This document shows, piece after piece, positions 14,549-26,849 of a DNA stretch of 64,000 nucleotides (its first letter is position 1; every line of letters starts with the position of its first letter). This stretch comes from Eledone cirrhosa (taxonomy: Eukaryota), in the NCBI GenBank assembly GCA_964016885.1, contig OZ024742.1:102734001-102798000 (forward strand). The letters run 5' to 3'. The position numbers and the translations under genes were made by a program. Below the pieces are notes generated by a model. That model worked only from the letters and a program-made list of their open reading frames with translations, was not told the origin of the DNA and ran no database searches.

Positions 14549-16679
14549 AGTTAAAGTGTTTATATTTATCTAAAATCTTTAATCATAATTTTGTAAGACC
14601 CTTTATGTTCCAAACAAGATTAATAATTAGAAAGTTAGTTTTATTATTAAATCTCTTCAAATTCTTGATTATTATTGAAATTGTTTGAAAATAATAGAGA
14701 ATATCTTTCATTAGAAATACAGTAACGAAAGTGTTAAAAATAATAAATTAAATCAATTTTCTGGCCAGTTGTTGAAGCCTGCTTTCTTATGACTTTCTAA
14801 TTGTTCACCTACAAGATTGCAAATAGAAATACATCTTAGCTAAGGAGAAGATATGTTGTACAGAGAAATCTTATCTCTTCAGTAAAGAGCTTTATGTTTA
14901 TTATGCCTGCTAAACATTGGGATGTTCTTCCAATTGACATTCTATTGTCTAGCTTGATTGACACAGTGAAATGCCACACCAAAACGATATTATTCAATGA
15001 CTTGAACATCATACAACATAGCCCCCAGAAGTAATCTCACATCAATGCCTGATGCTCTTCAATGATGATAAGTTTTTGTTTATTCAGGGTATCATTGACC
15101 AGTCTTTCTGCTGCTGATTTTACACAATTACAATACTCCTTGACTCTTTCATGACCACATTTTTTCTAATAAAATACACTTTATTTCAATTACTCGAATA
15201 TCGACCGAGGAATATGTGAGCCAAAAAATCGATGGTAAAATAGTGGTGGTGGTGGGTTGTTTGGTGGGTCCGGCTTATATTTGGGATCAATATTTTGATG
15301 ATTTTCACCAACTTCAAATCCTACATGAATAAGGTGCTAAACTATCTGGAGTGATTATTTCACAATGAAACAGTTTTTCTACATTTACTATACTGTCATG
15401 AGTTTTATTTATTTATGCATTGCTTTGAAAACATTCCCAATTTACCTTTATTATTTGAACTTTTTAATACATAAATATCCCCTACACATATATGCATACA
15501 CACGTGCACCGACTGTTTTTCTCTGTGACTTAATTATACTATTCCTTTCAATCTTGTTTTGTTTTATTTCACTTGCTTGTTCCTTCTCTCCCTCTCTTTT
15601 CTCACTCTGCCTCTCTGCTCTCTTGATGTCTCTTCCTCCCTCTTCTACACTCAATCCTTATACAGTGTTCTCTCTCTTAGTTGATCTCTTTCAACTATTC
15701 CCTATTCAATTTGATCTCCCCTATTGTTAAAGAACATCTTTTTTTTTTAAATAATACCTTAAACAAAAATATATGAACTGAAAGAGAAACTGGGTACAAG
15801 AGGAGTCAGATGCAGTGTGCAAACCATCATTTAGCATCTATATCCATGCTTGCATGGGTTAAACAGGTTATCACATGCTGAAGTTAAACTGGTCAATTGG
15901 TCATGTCTTGGTCTGATGCTCCTTTTTTTATTTGGTTTATGTAGTTGGATGCTCTTCCTAATGCCAACCACATTGCAGTGTGTACTGGGAGCATTTTATT
16001 GTGACTCCACAGGGTGGATTGGGTGCTTTTTGTCATGACACCAGCACTACCACCTATGACAGGCAACTGTAGCACTGGTTGTTGTTGTCGTTTGACCCAC
16101 AGGTCATCCTCAACAGAGCTATGATAAAAAACATTCTAGTTATTATGGCCATTCTATATTTTCAGATAGTATGTTTATAACTACATTATCCAATAAGCCA
16201 GTCCTTCTATTTACTTATTTTATTTAAAATGTAGGGCGATTTGGTTATTATTTCTAGCAGGTCTAACGACTATGTTGAAGCTTCCTCATTAGTTCAAACT
16301 AGTCTATCATAGGTCATCTTACTGTGGGATAAATTGAAACCAATGTGGCAGTCAGCAATTCCACAGTACTTGCTTTGTATATTATGATGAATTATAACCA
16401 ACCACACACAGTACTTACTAAAGCTAGGCAAACTCAATTGTTGATATGGGTACAAGCAGAAACAATGAAATGATACAAATGACTGACATTTCAGATATCT
16501 AATTGGCTAGCTATATTCTGATACATATACAAAACAAGCCAACATCCAATTGGATTTTGACATTAAGCATTTGTGAACACAACCGAAAATGGCTGTATGG
16601 CTAAGGAGTTTGTTTCACAACTATGTGGCTTTTAATTCAGTCCTGTGACATGACACCATGGTGAAGTGTATTCTACTAT

Positions 16680-17381
16680 CTTGGTTGTCCATCATAAACG
16701 ATGATGACATCTTCTTTATTGTTGTTCCCGTCTGCCGTGGGCACGGAGGTGGCTGTGGAGGCCGATCCTTGACTTGCAGGTCCGGGGACAGTGGAGGAAG
16801 GGGAAGAGATCGGAGTCAGACCGGCAACTCCCAGAGGTTATCTCCACCTCTCGTCCATCGCCGCAGGACTTTGGGGGTGCATTTAAAGAAGAAACCTGTG
16901 CGGGAAAGCGGGAGGGCCAGTGCACCTGTGATGGTCCTACTCACTCGGCCGCAGAAGCCAGAATCCGGTGGGTCGGAGGACCGTCACGACCAGGGACTTC
17001 CTTGGCTGCAGTGGATGGCCACGACGTCTGTAGTGCCTTGCCGTGCCCTAGCACTCCACACCGCTTGCTGTCGCCGCCTTCGTGACCATTGGGACGATGT
17101 TGTCCTCCTCCACTCATTCCGCCGGGTCCAGTCTTCGCATGCAGGGGCAGGCACCCCCTATCTAACTCACCGGGGGTTTCAGACCCGTCCGGCTACCCTC
17201 AACCTGGTTCGGCCCGCCAGCCAAGGCGGTTTACCGGTGTGTGGCCGCTGTCGCATTCTACAGCTTCTTGGGGCCACAGGTGAGAGCTGAGTGTCAGGTG
17301 GGACCCAATGCAGGACGAGCTGTCCTGAAAAGGGAATGGCTAGCCCTCCCTACAGAGGTACATGCCCCTCCATGACACCCC
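16680..17381 (-). mobile_element. Internally deleted non-autonomous RTE-clade LINE derivative
   Basis: A GC-rich 5' UTR is joined directly to the RTE C-terminal C2H2 motif (CPRTCKSRIGLHSHLRAH*, ORF 16716-16925) and a short 3' UTR. No endonuclease or RT sequence is present. Confidence 0.75.
17196..17381 (-). ncRNA. HDV-like self-cleaving ribozyme at the RTE 5' end
   Basis: Minus-strand order: P1 GGGGTGT, long J1/2, P2 CTCACCTG, P3 GGC, L3 CCCAAG...AGCG, P3' GCC, P1' ACACACC, P1.1 GG, P4 CCGCC-ttggct-GGCGG, J4/2 GCCGAA, P2' CAGGTTGAG. The GC-rich sequence starts exactly at G1. Confidence 0.6.
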
Positions 17382-17447
17382 AGGCATATACACACGCATA
17401 TACATACACATACATATGTACACGTGTATATACATATTTACACATTT

Positions 17448-17642
17448 CTGGATGGCCGTTGACTCTTATGAGTTCTTCCGCCCTTTGTCAGGTTTTATGT
17501 TTTGTCCTGCAGGGTGTCCTAAATCACCCTCTTCACCAAGTAAACTTGGTGGGGCTGCCAGTTTAGTCACCAACAACCCTACCATGCGACAGGTTGTACT
17601 GGTTTACATGTTACCAGTAGCACTCAAGAGTGACCTGACATA
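17448..17642 (-). mobile_element. Interspersed repeat, possibly a LINE 5' UTR; second copy at 21976-22117 (+)
   Basis: TATGTCAGGTCAC...CCTGCAGGAC is shared in opposite orientation between the two loci. Confidence 0.65.
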
Positions 17643-20420
17643 GTATTCTACTATAGCCCCAGGTTAACCAACGCCTTGTGAGTGAAATTCAGTAGGGTAG
17701 AAACTGTATGACAGCCTATCATGTATGTGTGTGTATATTTAGGTTTACTGTTAGTGTATGGCCTGTAATTTTGTGAGTTAAGATAAAGAGATCAATAAAA
17801 TATGTACTGAACTTGAAAAAAAAGCACTGAAGAAAACAAATGAATGTTAAAATTTTACATAATCAAACTGTTTATAAAATCCTTTGAAGCATTTATATTC
17901 GGTATAGCTAAGTGTTTTTTGTGAAGATGTCAAAATGTATGTATGTGTTTATGTAGTGGCCAATGGAAACATCACGCACAAGTTGATTAAGAATTGTCAG
18001 CTCCCGGTTTATTGAATTATTATTGTGATCATCATCATCACCATTGTCATCGCCAACATCATAATAATTATGATTAATGTCTACTTTTCGATACTGGCTT
18101 GGGTTGGACAAGTTGTTACAGATCAAGTCAGTACTTAATCAGAGCTATGGTATTGGCTTTAGTGAGTTGATGAAGGTAATGAATGGGGGGGGGGGCACGT
18201 AGAGGGGAGGAGCTTATGGTTTGAATAGAGGTAGATGCTCTGATGTGCTCCTAATTTGCATGCCAAATACAGCCTCTTGTGATGGAGCCTTTTTGATAAC
18301 AATAACCAGCTGATGACATTAAGCAGAAGTGGATTTAATGATATCCTCAGAACATTTGGACATAGTCATTTTGATAACAATAAATGTTTAATAATTGTTT
18401 CTAATTTTGGCACAAGGCCAGCAATTTTGGAGGAATGAAAAGTTGATTATATGGGCCCCAGTACTGAACTAGTATTTTATTTTATTGACCCTGGAAAGTT
18501 GAAAGACAAAGTTGATCTCAGCAGGATTTGACCACAGTATGTAAAGATCTGGAACAAATACTGCTCAGCATTTGTCCACTACTCTAATGACAATGACAAT
18601 CAATCACCCTAATAGCTGTTTAATAATAATCTAAACTATAATAAAGTAAGGAGCACGGGACTGCGTACGGTTTATAATTTTTTATCCCATTAGTAAAATA
18701 AGTTGGATTACTTTGAATAAATAATTAATAAATATTACATAATTTATCTACTAAATTTTGTGGCTGTTGATTAAATATATTTGTTTATTTAAAGATTCAG
18801 TTCTTTAACATTTCTGAAATGTCAACACTTCCGGTTGGCCATCGCTTAAATAAACATACTAATTTTCTCCTAATGCAGTTTATATATAATATCGTCTTTT
18901 TTAATGTATCATGGATTACGTTACTGATTAAATAAGACAGTGTAACGCAGTCTTCATTCAATTTCTATGTATTATATATTGCTAATTACGATTTTATTTG
19001 ATGTATCATATCTACAGATGCTAGCAGAAAACCACCCGAAGTGTTGTTTTTCTGCTAGTATCGATGATTATAATAAATGGACCCCACTGTACCTAGATTT
19101 GCAGAACTATTTACCTCATGGAAATCTAATTAAAGAAATAAAAGATAATTATGGAAAATATTAATTAAAAGACTCTCAAACATGCCACCATTTTATTACA
19201 GTCCCTCATCCTTGTAATGCCTGTGTAGATTAAAACAATAATTAGTGTTAGCAAGGGCGTCTAATTGCATAATAATTAAGTGTTAGAGGAACATCTGCTT
19301 GTATTTATGGCCTACTAATGTATTTAATGTTTTTGTATGTATGTGTATACATTTGTTTATTAGTTTGTGTGTGTTTCTGTGTGCGTGTACATGCATCTTA
19401 TTAACAGGATGTGTTGTAATATAAATTTGTAAAACTAAAAGCCTATGTTAGAATGGAAATAAATAAATGTAAAAAAATATGGTTAAAAAATATAACAATA
19501 AAACATAATTCCTGGAAGCTACAAAAGTCTCATCTTCCATTATTATTAACAAACTCCAACGGTATGAGTTCAAATCCCGTCGAGGTTGACTTTGCCTTTC
19601 ATCCTTACGGGGTCGATAAAATAAAGTACCAGTAATGTACTGGGTAATTGCTGGCCTTGTGCCAAAAGTAGAAACAATTATTAACAAACTCCAACATTGC
19701 TAATAATTCCTCCACCCACACCCACATTTACCTTAAAATTTACTTTAAATATGTTTGTCTTGTGAGAGAATCAACAGTGACCTACCAGCAGTGACCCATC
19801 GGTGGTGACCCATTGGTGATTTTCATGATTATTTCTTGCCTGTTAAGAAAACAGAAAATGAACCAATCTTGAGTGTGTGTTCAAAATGTTAACTAAGCAG
19901 AATTAATTATTTTTCCTCAGAGAGATGTAAGATTTATGCTAGAAGTGATGAATATAAAGGAAAGGAGCCGATCATCAATTGGACCAAGGAAACAATGTTT
20001 CTATTAGTTTTTCCATTTCTTACACTTGGATGCAGAGCATATGCATTAACCATGATATTAAATGGTTTTTTATCATCACTGGACAGATTTTACTGGCAAA
20101 ACAGCCCAGCAGGAGACCCAGAAGTAGACAATAAGTTTGGCTGGTCTCGCTCGGGGAATTGTATTTGACAGGGCTCACTGTAAAACGTGCTTGAGGTCTC
20201 TGCTCCATGACTCTCACAGGAATAAATGGGCAAAGAATAAGAAGGTACCTGGTCACTGACTACCATCTTTCACAAGATTTTAAAGCCTTTAGTTAGGGAT
20301 GTAGGATTTGATTCCTCTGCCTCTGTCCACTTCTTTCTGTTTCCAGGGGAACTTTGTTTGATTTCCTCAACTATTATTTATAGTGATAGACTATTATTAT
20401 AGACAATTAGATATTCATAG

Positions 20421-20474
<54 letters not shown>

Positions 20475-20700
20475 CAAGAGAGAGAGACTCTGCTTGGCTG
20501 AAACCGGGGAGAGCACACAGTCGGGATTTTACCTCTCTCTCTCTAGAGAGAGAGAGAGAGGGGCAGGCGAGCAATGTGGCAGCATGCTACTACGTCCGTC
20601 TCTGGGTCAAAAGCATAGCACACACTTTTTCCTCTTTGTTTTTCTTTGATTAATCCTTAAAACTTACCATCATTCCGTTGGTATACATCTATTATGCAAT

Positions 20701-20746
20701 TTACACCTGATGAGATCACTGGCCACTGAAATGTGCATAGAGTTTA
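20701..20746 (+). ncRNA. Degenerate hammerhead ribozyme
   Basis: CTGATGA (20707), GAAA (20728), T-GTGC-A, TA. Stem II appears to have lost its 5' arm and stem I pairs poorly. Confidence 0.45.
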
Positions 20747-21007
20747 CAAAGGAAATTTAACATATTTGGCCTCCTGTCATTTCACTTTATATTATATATA
20801 ATAAAGTACCAGTAATGCACTGGATAATTGCTGGCCTTGTGCCAAAAGTAGAAACAATTATATATATACATATATATATATATACTGTATATATATATAT
20901 ATATATATATAGTCCAGAATTAGCCGTCGAAACGGCTTGAGCTCAGCTGTCGGGGTCTTACTGGTTCCTATATATATATATATATATATATACTGTATAT
21001 ATATATA

Positions 21008-21043
<36 letters not shown>

Positions 21044-21045
<2 letters not shown>

Positions 21046-21355
21046 GATATTAAACAAATGGAAACTACATTTATAAAACCATATTTATTTCATTATATAT
21101 ATTTCAGGGATATCATATTAAAAATATGGTATGCCCTCTTCAGACAAAATACAATATATAAACAGTTTTATAAATAAATTTGACATACCTTGGAAAATTT
21201 ACAACTTCCATTTAAAAAGTTGTTATATGGTTTTATAAATGTAGTTTCCATTTGTTTAATATCGTAAAATACTTCAAAATCTGTTGAGTGCTTTTATATC
21301 AGTTATAAAAATATTTACTCGTTGTAACCCAACAATTTTAAATAAAATTTTTGCA
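21044..21355. mobile_element. Non-autonomous Penelope-like fold-back element in (TA)n
   Basis: 41-bp inverted repeats at 21044-21084 and 21225-21265, an internal HHR, a unique tail, and (TA)n on both sides. Confidence 0.65.
21086..21151 (-). ncRNA. Minimal type I hammerhead ribozyme
   Basis: Minus strand: TATTTTGT CTGAAGA GGGCATACCATATT-ttt-AATATGATATCCCT GAAA T-ATAT-A TA ATGAAATA. Confidence 0.75.
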
Positions 21356-21847
21356 TATATATATATATGAATATGTATGCATGTATATTTATGTATAATC
21401 ATTGACACTGTTTAACATCTATTTTCCATGCTTGCATGAGTTAAATGGGTTATCACATTCTGAGAGGCTAGACTGGTTAGGTGACCACATTTCTATATCT
21501 ATCTATATATATATATGTATCATCATCATCATCATCGTTTTATGTCGGTTCTTCCACGCTAGAATGGGTTAGACGGGTTGTCCTTTTGTGGGCAATGTTA
21601 GGTCGGCTGACCTTGTCTTGCTCATACGGGAACTGATTCTGGCTTGATTTCTACAGCTGGATGCCCTTCCTAACAGAACCTCATTTACAGTGAATGCTGG
21701 GTGCTTTTTTCCGTGGCGCCTACACGTCCACTTTACAGTGTGGGCTGGGTGCTTTTTTTGCTGTGGCACCTCCACGACCACCTTGCAGTGGGGGCATATT
21801 GCTTATATGCTTCAGCTTCGGCTTGTTCCCTTGGGAAGTTGGGTCTT

Positions 21848-21881
<34 letters not shown>

Positions 21882-21900
21882 ATATACGTGTGTATAATTG

Positions 21901-21975
<75 letters not shown>

Positions 21976-22206
21976 TATGTCAGGTCACCAGTTGGTGCTA
22001 CTAGTAACATGTATCCCAGTACAACCTGTCTCATGGTCGGGTCGTTGGCGACTAAACTGGCAACCCCACCAAGGTTTCTTGGTGAGGAGGGTGACTTTGG
22101 ACATCCTGCAGGACTAAATAGTGAAGTTTTAAATCAACATATTAATTAAGTTGATTTAAAACTTCACTATTCACAAGTGTTTTTTAAGCTTCATATCATG
22201 TATCCC

Positions 22207-22277
22207 TATTTTATCTGATGAAAACGCAGATATCATCCAATGATGATATTTGTTTTTGAAATGCGCATAATAAAATA
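22207..22277 (+). ncRNA. Minimal type I hammerhead ribozyme (Penelope-like)
   Basis: Stem I is TATTTTAT/ATAAAATA, followed by core CTGATGA, a long stem II (GCAGATATCATC-caat-GATGATATTTGT), GAAA, a palindromic stem III T-GCGC-A and an AUA cleavage triplet (cut after 22269). Confidence 0.85.
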
Positions 22278-22638
22278 CTTGGAACTCTTTTAACCATCTT
22301 TTGATCTTATATTATTTGTACTCCAGTCCTACAAACTGTAGAGTGCTACTTATCCGATATTTGCATTGCTTTATTGTGCTACAATAAAACTCACCTCCTA
22401 CACTATATATATATATATATATATACATATATATATTAGTGAGTCCATAATACAATCGGGGGTTACCACAATGAGTAAGGTACTTAATACATTAGTAGAG
22501 TGAATACAACAAATTTAATTTAGAAATGGGTTTTACAGGACTAGAACTGTTTCATTCGCGATCATATTCTTTTGGTCATTACCCAAGATTCCTAACCATA
22601 GGTAATTAAACACTTTTTACTATGTTATATATATATAA

Positions 22639-22709
22639 TTGATCCTGATGATCTCTCTATAAGGGTATTGTAAATAATATCCATAAAGAATGAAACATGT
22701 GTAGATCAA
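22639..22709 (+). ncRNA. Minimal type I hammerhead ribozyme
   Basis: Stem I is TTGATC/GATCAA, followed by CTGATGA, an imperfect stem II (GGGTATT..AATATCC), GAAA, C-ATGT-G and a GUA triplet. Confidence 0.75.
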
Positions 22710-23758
22710 ATAAATAATGTATTAATTGTTGAACTTGGTGACCTATTTTCTTAATATATGTGATTAGAAATCTAAGATGACTGGAAGTATACCAACTGGA
22801 TTTACCTCTGAAATACCTCTTGCTATTCTGGATATAGAATAAACCACATTTGAGCTTTAGATAAATATCTGAATGCCTTACAGTTGTTTTATCAACTTAT
22901 AGAATTGAATATGTATATATATATATATGGTAATGACCTAGAAACATGTTGATTGTTCCTCAATGTCGGTGTTGAACAAACGGATGACAATTTGTCATTG
23001 ATATGGCACAGCTTTAATCGGGCCATTTGTTTAGAAACAAATTGAAAACTATTATTAATGTTTGATATAATCCATACGTACATCTGTATATGTATATATG
23101 TGTGGGTGTATATATGTATATATGTGTGTGTAGTATATATATATAAGTGTACGTATGCATACTTATATATATATATATATATAAGTCAATAGAGTGCTCA
23201 ACAGAGGGAGCCAAATAATAAATGTGAAGATCCCGTTAAGGGTGAAAGCAGTGATTCTTTGCTTAAACTTTAATCTGTTATTTTAATAAATATTTGCTCT
23301 AGGGTTCTTATATATTTGATATATATTTATCCTTATCGAGCCCTCTTTGGATTTTAGTTTTCACATTTATTATTATTACTATATATATATATATTTCCTT
23401 GAGCAAGACATTTTATTTCACATTGCTCCAGTTTACTCAGCTGGTCGTGCAGGTGCCACGGCAAAAAAGCACCCACCACTCACTGTAAATGAGGTTGGTG
23501 TTAGGAAGGGCATCCAGCTGTAGAAACCAAGCCAAAATCAGTTCCCGTCCCACCCTTGCAAGCAGGGCAAAAGCGGACGTAAAAATGAAATGATGATGAT
23601 GATATATATATATATATATATATATTAGTTAGCACCCCAAACACTAAATTGGGATAATACTTAGATATATCCTAATGTTTGTTGAGTGGGATGGAGTTGG
23701 TCGGAGTATCGCTTAAGGTTTTCTCTGTTTATGTATTGTGTATATATATATATATAGA

Positions 23759-24091
23759 TGGAGGCACATGGCTTAGTGGTTAGAGCATTGGCCTTGCAAT
23801 CGAAAGGTTGTGAGTTCAATTCTCAGACCGGATGATGTGTTGTTTCCTTGAGCAAGATACTTTATTTCACATTGCTCCAGTTTACTCAGCTGTAGAAATG
23901 AGATGATAGGGACTGGGGTCCATATCATTCCACTGCAAAGTGGTTGTGGAGGTGCCACGGCAAAAAAGCACTCAGCACTCACTGTAAATGAGGTTGGTGT
24001 TAGGAAGGACATCCAGCTGTAGAAATAAAGCCAGAATCAGATCCCGTCCCACCCTTGCAAGCAGGGAAAAGCGGACGTAAGATGATGATGA
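23759..24091 (+). mobile_element. tRNA-derived SINE family B with RTE-like 3' tail
   Basis: A box TGGCTTAGTGG, B box GAGTTCAATTC, body CCTTGAGCAAGATACTTTATTTCAC and GGTGTTAGGAAGGRCATCCAGCTGTAGAAA, and tail CCCACCCTTGCAAGCAGGGAAAAGCGGACGTAAGATGATGATG. Other copies lie at 23395-23601, 30277-30530, 21520-21790 (-) and 41025-41440 (-). Confidence 0.88.
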
Positions 24092-24159
24092 TATATACAC
24101 ACATATAAGTAAACTTTTTGTAAAGTTTACAAAAAGCTGCAATTCTTTTTGACACTTTA

Positions 24160-24965
24160 TATACACTCTGCAGCACAGTCACACCATTCCAGGAGGAATC
24201 GAAATCCCTGTGTCGGAATTGATACGAGACCTCGGTATAGACATGAACGACAATGCATCATTTTCTTCACACATCATGAGAGTGGCGACAATGTGCAGAG
24301 GACTCGCTGGCTGGTTCTTGAGAACTTTCAGGACAAGGGACCGAGAGACCATGCTGGTACTACGGAGTACATTTATCCTAAGCTGACTGGACTATTGCTC
24401 CCAACTGTGGTCACCCCATAGTGTCAGTCTAACCACGGAACTTGAAGTTACATCAAGAGGATTGCCACGTTGAAGGAGATGAGTTACTGGGAGAGGCTAA
24501 AAGAACTGAAACTCTAGAACTGAACGAAGGCAGGAGAGATACGCAATGATATACATATGAAAGATCCTGCAGGGACTAGCACCAAACTTTGGCATTGAGA
24601 GCTGACCAACCTCCGAACAGGACGTCACTGTGTGGTGCCAAAGGTCCCGTCTTTCACATCTAGAGCTAGGAGCAGATATTGCAATAGCCTGGGGTTCAAA
24701 GACCCTCAACTCTTCAATAAACTGCCAAGAAATTTAAGATATCTGCATGGTGTGGATGTGGATGATTTCAAGAAACATCTTGACACTCTGCTATCCAGGA
24801 TCCCAGTTGAACCCACAGCACAGAATGAAGGTAAACTAAGGGCAGCAACAACAAACTCCCTCCTACATCAATGGCCAGCAACACAGGCTGAATATAGAAC
24901 ATGTAGCAACAAGAGCAGTGCCCCAGCATGGCTTCAGCTGAATGGCTGGAACAGGTACAAAAATA
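24160..24965 (+). mobile_element. Degraded CR1/L2-group LINE 3' fragment
   Basis: Frameshifted motifs RDLGIDMND, DYCSQLWSPH, MSYWERLKELKL, PQLFNKLPRNLR and FKKHLDTLLSRIP. Confidence 0.8.
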
Positions 24966-25012
24966 GACTTAAAGAGTATGTATGTATATATAAAGATATG
25001 TATGTATATATG

Positions 25013-25407
25013 ATAATTGTTACTACTTTTGGCACAAGGCCAGCAATTATCTCAGTGTATTACTGGTACTTTATTTTATCGACCCCGTAAGGATGAAAGG
25101 CAAAGTTAACCTTGGCGAGATTTGAACTCAGAATGGCAAAGGCCGTAACTCTATGCGTCAAAGCATGGCGTCCGACCCTCTACCGATACTGCCAATCCAC
25201 TACCCTTATATGATAATTGTTTCTACTTTAGGCACAAGGCCAGCAATTACCCAGTGCATTACTGGTACTTTATTTTATCGACCCCGTAAGGATGAAAGGC
25301 AAAGTCAACCTCGGCGGGATTTGAACTCAGATCGTAAAGGGACGTAACTATGCTGGAAAGCATGGCGTCCGACCCTCTACCGATACTGCCAATCCACCGC
25401 CCCTTAT
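25013..25407 (-). mobile_element. Two head-to-tail copies of a tRNA-derived SINE (family A, Meta-domain-like core)
   Basis: A box TGGCAGTATCGG, B box GAGTTCAAATCC, core GCCTTTCATCCTTACGGGGTCGATAAAATAAAGTACCAG, and tail GCTGGCCTTGTGCC..AGTAGAAACAATTA. More than 20 full or partial copies occur in the window. Confidence 0.9.
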
Positions 25408-25414
25408 ATGATAA

Positions 25415-25630
<216 letters not shown>

Positions 25631-26615
25631 TACATGTTTTTAATGATATTGATGTCAAACAGCATTTGAACCCCTGCTTTTATCTGTTCTCCATGTTTAA
25701 ACATCTGTTTTTCCCATGTTTACTGACAGGGAACTGCTTTACCTCCCCCTTACCCTCCCTGGCTATCTTTCCTTCCCTCTCTTTTCTCCCACTTAACAGC
25801 CTGCCAGCCCCTTACTTTCTCAGCAGTAGTGTGTATGAGGTGGGGGTGGTAACTCCCCTCCACACTATTTGGAACGATTTTTTTTATTTGTTCTTTATGT
25901 CACCTGACATTGTAGGTAACTAATTGGTTAGCCATTTTGAAGTTGGACTACATAGGTGGTGTCTGAATAAATGTGTGTGTGTGTGTCTCTCTGGTGTATA
26001 TGTGTGTGTAGTTTGTTTGCATACGTCTATGTTATGGTGTGTATGCATATATATATATATAAATACTTATATGTATGTTTATGTGTTGTTTTGTCTGATA
26101 TATATATATATATACGTATGAGTGTATGTGTTTATAGTGTGTATGTATGTATGTGTATATGAATACATGTGTGTGTGTGTGTCAGTGGTGTCTATGTGTG
26201 TCTATATGAATACATTTATGTGTGTGAGTGTTGTTTGTTTGCATATATTTGTCTGTTTATATATATATGTGTGTGTGTTTTGGACCTTTGTCAGTTCTGA
26301 CGAAGAGTGTTCTAGTTGTTTGAATAACAGAACAGTCTGCTCATGAAATTAACTTGTAAGTGTCTGTCTGAATATTATACAGACCCGCATAACCTTAACG
26401 TTGTTCTCAGGGAGATTTGGCTTGACACTATAGGTGATAAAGCTTTACAGGTACAACTCATGTTTTCCAACTGAGTGGACTGAAGCGACACGAAATAAAA
26501 TGTCTTTCTCAAGGACACAATATGTTGCCTAGTCTAGGAATCAAAAACACAATCAGAAACCCTGCACCCTATCCACTAAGCCATGTGCCTTTGCATATAT
26601 ATATATATATACAAG

Positions 26616-26793
26616 AGTCAGGACCCCGACGGCTGAGCTCCGACCGTTTCGACAGCTAGATCCCTGAGTTCGGATCTAGCTGTCGAAACAGCTGGAGCTC
26701 AGCCGTCGGGATCCTGACTATTTTCCTATTACCCACTCTACTACCCTAAGTATCGAGTACTCTGGTACGCAATGGTCCACCTGGTTTCTTACC
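26616..26793 (+). mobile_element. Fold-back element containing a hammerhead 3' half
   Basis: Hairpin at 26616-26719. The right arm has GTC GAAA CAGC-TGGAGCTCA-GCCG TC GGGATC. The tail is shared with 29314-29526 and the element is flanked by (TA)n. Confidence 0.65.
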
Positions 26794-26801
26794 AGACTGT
26801 G

Positions 26802-26844
<43 letters not shown>

Positions 26845-26849
<5 letters not shown>

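Noticed and set aside
16658-17290. 210-aa GC-rich plus-strand ORF
   Set aside because: It is antisense to the RTE-derived element; the openness reflects GC content and there is no recognisable domain.
23759-23835. tRNA-like A and B boxes (also in every family A copy)
   Set aside because: These are SINE heads without a complete cloverleaf and continue into SINE body sequence.
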